A stretch of DNA of 62,692 nucleotides, counting the filler, from Rhabdomonas costata (taxonomy: Eukaryota): the NCBI GenBank assembly GCA_019059605.1. It is 44 parts of 44 records of this genome, joined end to end, with 100 filler letters (N's around TTAATTAATTAA, not from the genome) between each part and the next. Parts side by side here need not be neighbours in the genome. Positions count along the whole stretch, not along the records: positions 25,703 to 27,030 come from JAHMHO010019258.1; positions 27,131 to 28,457 come from JAHMHO010019259.1; positions 28,558 to 29,864 come from JAHMHO010019260.1; positions 29,965 to 31,292 come from JAHMHO010019261.1; positions 31,393 to 32,720 come from JAHMHO010019262.1; positions 32,821 to 34,147 come from JAHMHO010019263.1; positions 34,248 to 35,575 come from JAHMHO010019264.1; 37 more parts are not named here. One strand, written 5' to 3'. Positions within the stretch are counted from its first letter, which is position 1, and the number at the start of each line of letters is the position of its first letter. The notes beneath the pieces were generated by a model. It worked only from the letters and a program-made list of their open reading frames with translations, ran no database searches and was not told where the DNA came from. This document shows positions 26,074 to 35,442 of the stretch, one piece after another. The translations under genes and the position numbers were made by a program.

Positions 26074-26937
26074 CGCGTCCCACTGCAGGCAGGTCGTGCT
26101 GCCAGAGAAGCTCGCGTCCCCTAAAAGCTCCTCGTGCGAGACGTCCGGGAGGTGCCCGAAGTACTTCGCGCACCCGAAGTCCACCACCTTGATGGCGGGA
26201 TCATCCAAAGAGTCCACGGTGACCAGAACATTGTCCGGCTTGAGGTCCCGATGAGCTTGTCCCCAGGGGGGAAAGGGACGCAGCCCCCGCCCATCGTAGA
26301 CACCCCCTTCTGACGCTAGCCGTTCAAATTTCATGCCACATGCTCCCTAAAGCTATCCATCCAACGTTAGGCCTGCAGGATGTCTGAAAACGTTGGGGAC
26401 GGGCGATGGTGCTATTTCTTCAATGTCTCCTTTCATTAAAAAAACATTGTTATATTGCCCATCCCTGTTTCGACTATCATTAACGAGTGTAAACGTGTTT
26501 TTTTCTTTTCGAATTTCAGCTCATGCAGTTTGCGCCCCTATTCTTTTGTTAAGATGAGCGCTTACCACCACTCACCCAAAAAGTTTACTGGCCTTCATAC
26601 CGTCGTACAAGAAGCTGGCATGCAAAGCAATTTGGTCAACCAGGGATCAGGGGCCTCCGTCTGTGCTGTTCATAACGCTCATTACGGACACGGACACTAG
26701 AAAGGGTTCGCAGGGCAGGCAGGGGCTCCCCTCCGCCCCGACCCTACCCTTGCATGTGGACCACACAATGGAGGTACCGCAGCATCCCCAGAAGCTGCCG
26801 CACCAGCTCCCGCGCTTCGGCCTCGCGGAGGCTGCCCCGGTCTGTGATGAAGGGGATGAGCTGCCGATACCCCGCAGCAGGGCCGCAAAGTTCCAGGATG
26901 CCGTACAAGGTGCCACCATCCTCGGACCTGTGACAGC
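26074..26937 (-). CDS. CAMK-like Ser/Thr protein kinase, 2 exons joined by an apparently non-canonical intron
   Basis: Exon 26937-~26753 (LYGILELC...LREAEARELVRQLLGMLRYLH) and exon ~26256-26074 (AHRDLKPDNVLV...IKVVDFGCAK). Confidence 0.88.
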
Positions 26938-27210
26938 CTGAGGGAGTGAGGGAGGGCGTCACGAGAGGTCGGAAGCTGAGAAGATGGGAAGAACACCACC
27001 TGTGCGCGTGTGTAGGTTTGACCCCAAAACNNNNNNNNNNNNNNNNNNNNNNNNNNNNNNNNNNNNNNNNNNNNTTAATTAATTAANNNNNNNNNNNNNN
27101 NNNNNNNNNNNNNNNNNNNNNNNNNNNNNNTTTTGGGTTTCCACAACTTTTGCCTCCCTTGCTCAAGTGCTTTTTCCTCGCGCCTCATGCCTTGTTTACT
27201 CCTCCTCCAG

Positions 27211-28457
27211 ATCCACTTTCCTTCCCACCCATATTTGTCGACGCCGCCCCAGATACACCTTTCTTTCGCATTGTCACAAACAAGTTCTCTCGGATGCTGA
27301 CCTCCGTTGTGGTGCCGAGCTGCGTGAAAAGCCAAAACCAGGCCGAGCTGAATGGGCTCTTCCACTCTCTCTCGCGAAAGAATAAGGACCTCCCGATGGT
27401 TGACGGTGGCGATTGCTCCTTTCCTTGCGTTCCGGCTTCGCATCTCTTTCTTGTTCCATCCGTGTTGTTGTTTGCTGTTTGCTGTTTGCACGTGGACCTG
27501 CAAGTGCCGAACGATGTTTTCTTGCATTTTATCTCAGTTTTGCTTTTGTTGCTGCGTATTGCCGATGCCTGTTGAGGTTTGTAGCGATCAAGGACACAAG
27601 GCGGAAGCTGTTTTCTTTGATTTAGACGATACTCTCTACCCGCGGAACCGGGTGATTGACGACATAGTGAATGAGAGGATCACTTCATATTTAGTCATGA
27701 AGCTGAAAATCAAGCCGGAGAACTGCCAGCTCTTTCGAGACAGACTACACAAGAGTTATCCGCTGACAATCTCTGGTCTGGTGGGCGAAGGACATTTGAG
27801 GTCTCATGACATTGAGCCTTATCTGCGTTTCATCCTTGATCCGAATCCAATTCCTTCTCTCATTGGGACGAATCCTCGCTTGAGGACGATGGTGACAAAT
27901 CTGCGGCCAAGCATTAAGAAGTGGGTATTCACCAACTCTGACCGGAAGCATACTTTGAGGTTCTCACGGGAATTTTTTTCGGAAACATGCTGCCGGAACT
28001 CGGGAAAGCCTTTTGGTGAAAGAAGAGCGACGTGACACGGTTGGAAAACAAGAGACTGTATTCCTATTCATTTCGATCAGCACAAATATTCGAGTATTTG
28101 ATCAATTTTTTTTGATCGAAAACTAAGTTGATCGAAAAAGCGGTTCTTAGCTCTCGGAGGGGAGGGAGGAAGGCTGCCCCTCCCCTTAAAGGTGAACGAA
28201 ATTTGATCCGAACCGAAATTCGGGAAAGGCCGAGATCGAAAATTGGATGAAAATTGATACGAATACTGTAAAATGGACCTGAGCCGAGAACGCTTGACGG
28301 TCCATTGCTTAGAAGTTGCAGTGACCTACCGGTGCTACTGTCGGATGCATCTGTTGTCTTCTGACTCCTTTGTAGGGTTCTTGCGGCGCTGGGCTGTCTT
28401 AATATATTTGATGGAGTTATCGACCTGCTTGCAATGGGAGTGATGAGCCCCAAACAA
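27211..28457 (+). CDS. HAD-family pyrimidine 5'-nucleotidase (SDT1/PHM8-like) with a probable N-terminal extension
   Basis: Exon ~27577/27585-27959 has FFDLDDTLYP (HAD motif I) and WVFTNSDRKH (motif II). Exon 28376-28457 reads VLAALGCLNIFDGVID. A probable upstream exon spans ~27211-27398. Confidence 0.88.
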
Positions 28458-29116
28458 NNNNNNNNNNNNNNNNNNNNNNNNNNNNNNNNNNNNNNNNNNN
28501 NTTAATTAATTAANNNNNNNNNNNNNNNNNNNNNNNNNNNNNNNNNNNNNNNNNNNNATCGCGCAGTGGTGAGTGAGAGGACACCTCCGGGTTTTGGTCA
28601 CTAGCAGTCCTCTGGCCTGTCGTTATGTGGCGTTCCTGTCGCCTGAGGAACAGATTGGGACTTTGTCTTTCTTGGCGACTAAGGCTTGCGGGGTGAGCCG
28701 TCCCGCGTTTGTGCGGGCATGTCTTGGTGTTTCATGTGTGTCTGCGTATATGTGCGTGTGCGTGTGGGCCGTTTCATTGAAGGACAGTGGTGTGCCTGGA
28801 TATGTCAACTGAGACGGAGGCCCCTGCCAGAGGGTGCGGTTCTTTCTTTTCGCACACCTACAATCTTCGTCTTGGTCAGGACGGATAAAAACCAGGGTCG
28901 ACAACAGCGATGTGTGTGGGCGGTAAGCTGAGGGGCGGGGTGAATAAAAGACTCAAGAAATGACAACGTGCTGAATAGCAACCAGCAAGGGGAAAAGGAG
29001 GGTTAAGATGGCCCATCCATACAGTCACACACGCACTCACTCAGGCAGGGCACAACACGGTCTTGGGGAGGTGGGGTAGGGGAGGCAGGCTACGCTCTAA
29101 TACTCGCCGGCGCAAC

Positions 29117-29262
29117 CTGCTCCACCACCATGGGGTAAACCAGGAAGAGGATGATGATCGCCGCGCCAGACCAAAACCTCCAGAAACTGCCGTGGTCAAG
29201 AAGGTTCACCGTGCGCGCGCTCTCCATCTGGAGCTGAAGCTGGGGGATGTCCGCAGTGGAAA
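29117..29262 (-). CDS. Internal exon of a membrane protein
   Basis: CAG|..STADIPQLQLQMESARTVNLLDHGSFWRFWSGAAIIILFLVYPMVVEQ|GTTGCG, with a hydrophobic helix. Confidence 0.55.
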
Positions 29263-29602
29263 CTGAGCACATTAGGGGATGAGCTACTTCTAGAGAGACA
29301 GAAGGTGGAAGTCGGGAAATCAGTGAAGTGGGAAAACCGGACGGTCACAGGAAACACAGGCATGTCATAACCTTCCAGTTTAAGAAAGCCCTTTTAAAAC
29401 CACAAGGGCGAGGCGTTGTGAAAAAACATCACATATCGAAGGAGGAGGTTTAAGCCAGAGTGGAGGGAGCAACCGCATTGTTTGTAAGAAGCCAAAAAAA
29501 AACATCATGCTCTTGCTCTGACACATTTGCCTGTGTGGAATCTGAATGAGTTTGTATGACTTTTGCTGGCCTGCGGGGTTGAGTTTTTGTTTCTTGGGGA
29601 AG

Positions 29603-29756
29603 ATTCGGCACTCCCGGGGGTGGTCCCTGGCCGACTACCAGTTCCTAATGTGGGAGAACCCCCTGGAGGACCGCGCCCTGAACCACTTCGCAACGTTTAT
29701 GCCTTACACCGACTACGCCGCGGCCTTTGGGATATCCAATGAGAGCGAAGGCGCAG
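29603..29756 (+). CDS. Internal exon of an unknown protein
   Basis: AAG|IRHSRGWSLADYQFLMWENPLEDRALNHFATFMPYTDYAAAFGISNESEGA|GTGGAG, with GC3-rich codons. Confidence 0.5.
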
Positions 29757-29965
29757 GTGGAGCGTAAGGTGCGCTTGAAGCAGCTGTTTTCCCACACGCC
29801 ACCGCTTGAGATTCTTTGAGGGCACGTGAATCGGCGGGCTGCAGATGATGCAGTTGACAGGTTCNNNNNNNNNNNNNNNNNNNNNNNNNNNNNNNNNNNN
29901 NNNNNNNNTTAATTAATTAANNNNNNNNNNNNNNNNNNNNNNNNNNNNNNNNNNNNNNNNNNNNG

Positions 29966-31292
29966 GATCTCTTTCTGCTGGGATTGTGTGTGGACTTGAG
30001 CGTGGCCCTGCATAGCTCAGTGCCGAATATTGAGGAGCTGGTAACAAGCTTCGAAGATGCCTTGTCAATGTCACTCAGTTTCTTCAGCGTTGTTGAGCTT
30101 GTCTTCTGCCAATACTGTAGACTTCTTCTCCACACTGAAGTAAAAGCACTATTTCGAAGTATGGAGGCGCTCCATTTGAGTCTCAGCCACAGCTGTGCGC
30201 TCGCTTTAGTGAGCTACCACTGCAAGACTGGCAACACCCAGGGTGCTTTCGAAGTCATCGTTCGGCAGACACCAAAGAACGAAGATCTTTGGGATGAATT
30301 GCTAGCTCCCTTCTTAGACGCTTCCTGCGAGGCCGCTTTGCCTTTCGCTGGGTTGGCCTCCAAGAATTCCAGCTTATGCCTTCGACTTCTGACTTTGATT
30401 TGCAGTAAAGGGCAGCTTCAGGTTGCCGCTGCTTGGCTTATTGCCATCATGCACAGTCAGGTATGTCCCAGCCTGTCGATGTTCTCGACGTTCCTGTTGG
30501 GCGTGCGGGAGGCACGTGAATTGGAGTTGGCGTACCACGTTTTTATTGAGTTCCAGACATGTGTCCTGAAGACGCTCATAACTCCGCTTCCGGCGATTTA
30601 CACGGCTTTTATAGCTACCTTTGTCCACAACAACGAGTATTACTCAGCTGAGCAGGTGTTTCTACAGATGCACGAAGCTCATCTTCAGCCCGAAGAGCTC
30701 GCGTGCCACATCATACTCGAAATGTACATTCGTTCTGGGAAGCATTCTAATGCATTGGTTGTGCTGAACTACCTTCATCAGCAGTCAGGGATGAGACCTG
30801 TGGCTTACTCTTTGTCAGAGCTGTTCTCTGCGATCGTTGCCAAAATTACCAGCATCGCATTGGTCTTAGCAGTCCAACGCTGCACGGTACCTGCACTGAC
30901 CCAAAGTTCAATGGTTTTCTACCAGCTGAGGACCACCACTTCGAAAAGGAAATTCTCAATCCATGGCGGTGCCTTTTCTTCTGCTAGGTGGACTCTGAAC
31001 GTCGTTAAAGCCAAGTCAAAGCCGCAGTTGTCCAGGGACTCATGCAGCCTGGCGAAGGGACTGCCCATACGCTCTGTGGGTTCCTTTTTCCAGCAGTCCG
31101 TTAGGGCGCGTGTGACACATCATTTGCTAGAATCTCGTTTTACAGTCACTGCTAAAACTTGGTCTCCCTGTGGTGCTAGCACCAGCGCACGAAATCCAGC
31201 GGCTTTCCACTGGCTGCGGACCGTAACTCCGAAAAAAGAAAAATGGTCCCTTACTGGGAAAACCTCTGCTTCTGCGAAACCTACCAGAATAT
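29966..31292 (+). CDS. Pentatricopeptide-repeat protein with a possible C-terminal SMR domain (partial, intronless here)
   Basis: Frame is open across the whole contig. ~35-aa repeats such as PLPAIYTAFIATFVHNNEYYSAEQVFLQMHEAHLQP and EELACHIILEMYIRSGKHSNALVVLNYLHQQSGMRP are followed by FSIHGGAFSSAR...SVRARVTHHL. Confidence 0.8.
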
Positions 31293-32008
31293 NNNNNNNN
31301 NNNNNNNNNNNNNNNNNNNNNNNNNNNNNNNNNNNNTTAATTAATTAANNNNNNNNNNNNNNNNNNNNNNNNNNNNNNNNNNNNNNNNNNNNTGTGATGG
31401 TTTCCGACTCTGTCCTGCCTATCGCTTTCGCGATCGTAATTCATTCTTTTCCGTGCATAGTGCAATTTTTGGCTTGTTGCGCCGCTCTTCTCTTGGCAGC
31501 AGGAATCTTTGTTTGTGTTTCAGTGATTGCATGAATGTAATGCAGTAGGTCATTTCAGGGGGAACCGCAAAGAACGGAAAAAAAAAACTGCCAACCTCAC
31601 TGAAGCGATTTCTTCACTCGAGAAGTGTGTAATCGTCATCCTGCAATGTTGGCATGGAAGCACGCAAAAGTCACAAGAAAGCTTTCTACAGCACGTCGTC
31701 CGAGAGTCTCAGTTTCACACCTGCACAAACACACACGTCACTCCGTCGAGCGATCCCCGAGTCACCGCACGCTCACTCTCTCCCCGTCGCCCTCCACACA
31801 TAACCGCGAACCCTCTGGGCAGGGGATGGGTTCCCGTCCTCTCCCCTCGGCACACTATTGTCCGAAAGACAGACCCAGGATCACAGAATGCACGGTGCGC
31901 GCATATGGGAAGTTCCTTCTGTTCTTTGGAAATTTGGGCGAGCGCAGAGAGGAAGAGAGACGGCCACAGCAAGGTCCAGGCCCTGTTCTGCCGGTATCCT
32001 ACACGCAG

Positions 32009-32411
32009 CTACACCCAGGAGGGAAGGTTGGTAACTTTGATGTCCTCCTCGACCTGTGCGCCGGACTGCCCGTTGATGTACTTGGGCTTTAGTCGCATCA
32101 TCACTGGGCGGTGGGGCTCGCTGGGGTTCTCGACCACCATCTGCACCTGCAACATGAGAGAGAAGGGGTGGGCCGATCCGCTAATTTTCAACCGTCACAT
32201 TAATATGAAGTGAATGCACGACAAGGCATAAGCGTACTACGCGTCTGCTCCTTGTGCGAATCTCCCCTCCCCTGAAGGTAAACGCACCGTAGCTATCAGC
32301 ATTCTCAGCGTCACAGTATGGAGACCACGAAGCGCGCATGCAACCACCTTGAGCGACCCCCCTGGGGGAATGGTAGTGTCGGTCAGAGGAAGGATGGTCA
32401 ATTTCGCATAC
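32009..32411 (-). CDS. Gamma-adaptin ear (GAE) domain, probably the C-terminus of AP-1 gamma subunit
   Basis: Exons 32411-32348 and 32146-32009 give YAKLTILPLTDTTIPPGGSLK|VQMVVENPSEPHRPVMMRLKPKY...VEEDIKVTNLPSWV*. This resembles GAE LQLLPPSS..IPP.G.ITQ...VLNP....LRMRIKL.Y...EVNNFP. Confidence 0.75.
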
Positions 32412-32822
32412 CTGCGCGCACGCAAAAGAGCCCTACAGGTGCACATTCCTTCCAATCTAAAAAAAAAAAGCAGAATTGCCCATGAAAACTCAGCGCATTC
32501 ACTAGTGACACCCAATCCAATAGGAATGGGAAAAGACCTCGCCTATGATTTAGCCGAGCCTAAGATTCAAAGCTTCATCTTTTCCCAAAGATCCCTGACC
32601 ACACCCACATCAACGATCACTACTGAGCGTAAGAATTGTGCAGCTGACAAAGTTTGTAATTTTGTTGTGATTCTCCGTGGTCCTTTCCCCGGCGAAAGGA
32701 CCACGGAGAACCACAACAAANNNNNNNNNNNNNNNNNNNNNNNNNNNNNNNNNNNNNNNNNNNNTTAATTAATTAANNNNNNNNNNNNNNNNNNNNNNNN
32801 NNNNNNNNNNNNNNNNNNNNGG

Positions 32823-32944
32823 GTGGGGGTAAATGTGTACAACTGCGAAAATAGGAGTGGGGATACCATTTGTTTCCAGCTCCAGCACTCAAAACAAATG
32901 GTATCCCCACTCCTATTTTCGCAGTTGTACACATTTACCCCCAC
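32823..32944. repeat. Contig-terminal perfect inverted repeat (~53-bp stem)
   Basis: GTGGGGGTAAATGTGTAC...ACCATTTGTTT, a loop, then the exact reverse complement. Confidence 0.9.
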
Positions 32945-33659
32945 GGTTGCTGGCCGCACCACGCACCACGTCCCATTGAGTAGCTTGTAACTTATTGTGT
33001 TACATCACTGGGGAATAGCGGAAGCTGAAAGAATATGGTACCAGTTACCCGTCTAAGACCCTCCGTTTCATTTCGAGACTCCAGTACGCAGCACCTTTGG
33101 CGAGGTTTGGCACCATTTGCATTGTCGTCAGCACAACGGAACGTCGTCCCATGGAACAACGGGGAAAAGGGGTTGCTCAGATGTTTGAATGCAGAATTCT
33201 GTATTTCTTTTTAGTTTTCGGCAATGACACGTACAGCACATGTTTGTTGATTGGGATGATGGCCCTGCGTCCGAGTCCGAGAATCTCGCATTCAAGACCC
33301 ACCCATCACAGCATCTCGCCCACACTGTGCTGTAGGTTTACCTCAAGGTGGAGGTACACGTCAGCGCAATGGCTGTCACTTACACCCATCACAAATGGGC
33401 CTGGCTCTTCTCTGTATTTGTCGCCCCAGATGCATGCTTTAAAATCTCATAGTTTATCCACGAGCGTAGTTTTGAGGGTTTCTTCCTTTGCTGTTTATCC
33501 TTCTATGGCCATTTTCAGCCATTGTGCACACGAATCGTGAAAGCCAGCAATCAAGCTTCGCGATTGCATTGTGACTGTTAGCCCAACAGCTTCAACTTGG
33601 TACCGCAGGTTTTGTTCCGTCTGGTTTTCAACGGGTTTTCTCAGCGCGACGGCGCCGCC

Positions 33660-33908
33660 ATGCTGACCGATTCCAGCGCCGCAGTGTCTGGGGGCAAAGC
33701 CTCCACGGGGGGCCCTCCCTGCCTCAAGATCGGTGGGGGCAATGTGCTGACGGTGCCAGCGGAGCACTCCCCGTCCTCCTCCTCCTCTTCCTCATCCACA
33801 CTGCCCCTTCCCGCGCCGGACCAGTTCTCGGGGTTTGAGTTTGAGGTTCTGGCCCAGGTGAACCGCTGCCGGTCCGACCCTGTGGGATTTGGGCAGTCCC
33901 TGGCCACG
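33660..33908 (+). CDS. CAP/SCP-domain protein, N-terminal exon
   Basis: A Ser-rich leader precedes FEFEVLAQVNRCRSDPVGFGQSL|GTATGC, which resembles the first CAP helix E.EVL.E.N..R..P.. Confidence 0.6.
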
Positions 33909-34042
33909 GTATGCATCCGTGGTGTGTGTGTGTGTCAACAGCCGCGCCAAGAACGCATTGGCAAACAAAACAGGTGTCCAGAAGGGACAGAAAGGCAGCG
34001 AAACCCCGCAGCAAACTGCGATGAAGGTGACGTTTATCAGTC

Positions 34043-34140
34043 GTGACAGGAATTAAACTAAAAGATTCATTGCTGATTTTATTTTTTTACTCAGAAGAGG
34101 GTTTCTTGTGCAAAGGGTGTTTTAGTTTAATTCCTGTCAC
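34043..34140. repeat. Contig-terminal inverted repeat (~21-bp stem)
   Basis: GTGACAGGAATTAAACTAAAA ... TTTTAGTTTAATTCCTGTCAC, then a C/A-only tail. Confidence 0.85.
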
Positions 34141-34839
34141 AACAACCNNNNNNNNNNNNNNNNNNNNNNNNNNNNNNNNNNNNNNNNNNNNTTAATTAAT
34201 TAANNNNNNNNNNNNNNNNNNNNNNNNNNNNNNNNNNNNNNNNNNNNTCCAGCATAAACTGAACGTTAAGCGCGAGTTGCTGGAAGCTCAGGGAAGAGTG
34301 AACCAACAAGGGGATGTCCAGTTTGCGCGCCCGCAACAGGGTAACCAGGGGCTGCACAAGAACAAAAATGCACACGCAGACTAAGCCAAACCGCAACCTG
34401 TTAGCAGAGAAGGGAAAGGTGGTAAAGAGAAAGGATGACCTATGCAGTTCAAAACACTGGCTGCGAAACCGAGCCACACTAGGCCCACCATCGTTGCTTA
34501 GCTTTTACTCCAAGGCGATTCCAAGGCAGCGCAAAGCACCAGACTTTCCTGTCAACAAGGGCTTCGGTTCGCGGTCCTTACACGATGCCGTGCGACTATC
34601 CCCTCAGTCATCCGACATTCGGTCAGGTAGAAAGCACCAGCTGGAGCACACCTTAAGTCAAAGGAGGGAGACAGCTGCCGATTACTTACGATTCTTCAAA
34701 TCACTCAATTTGCCCTCAGGTCAACCTTTCACTCGGGGGCATTGGGAATGACGGGGCAGCCGGGGGCGGTGGTACCAGCTCCAGTGTGGAGTGGCCCGTG
34801 CAGCATAGCCGGCGCGGCACAGCACATCCTCCGACAAAC

Positions 34840-35442
34840 AGCTCGGGGTGTGGCTCCTGCTCGCAGCTCTGCAGCATGCGCTGGAAGCGACTACGGTCGA
34901 AGTTCACTTCCTTCCAGAGGTCGTTCAGATCAGCCTTCTGGCCCAGCTCCTCGGGCAGCCTAAAGACCTGCAGCTCAATCCCTGTCTCCATCAGGGTCCT
35001 CGCCAGCAGCCCAGCAGCCCGCTTCCCTACCGCAAAGGAGGTACACAGACTGATTTCCGGCTCACAGGAGCATTCCAGTGCTGGGGTACATCCTGGGTGC
35101 CGAATCGCAGGACTTTGCGCTCATATAGGAGGTTCTTGGTGCCGAAGCACCAAGTGTCGCAACCCACGCAAGAAATAGTGACCATCCAACTGCCTGTGGG
35201 TTGAGATCGTTTTATCCATTGACGAGAACTCCCCGCGGCTCACGAACATACAGAAGAACTCCCATGCACACCTGTGGTGTCCAGGTCGGGGAAATACAGC
35301 ACCCGCTTCACGCCAATGCCCTTCAGGTCTTGAATCAGGGTAGGAGGCACACTGATCTCCCCAAAGAGGCTAGCCACGTTGTCCACACCAGCCGCCAGGC
35401 AAGCCAGCACGCTGGGCTCCCCATTGGCCAGCACCAGCGTGC
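34840..35442 (-). CDS. Toprim-domain (DnaG/phage primase-like) protein, 2 spliced exons
   Basis: Exons 35442-35272 and 35026-~34840 join through a GTGTGC..TAG phase-1 intron: TLVLANGEPSVLACLAAGVDNVASLFG...KRVLYFPDLDTTG|KRAAGLLARTLMETGIELQVFRLPEELGQKADLNDLW. Confidence 0.8.
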
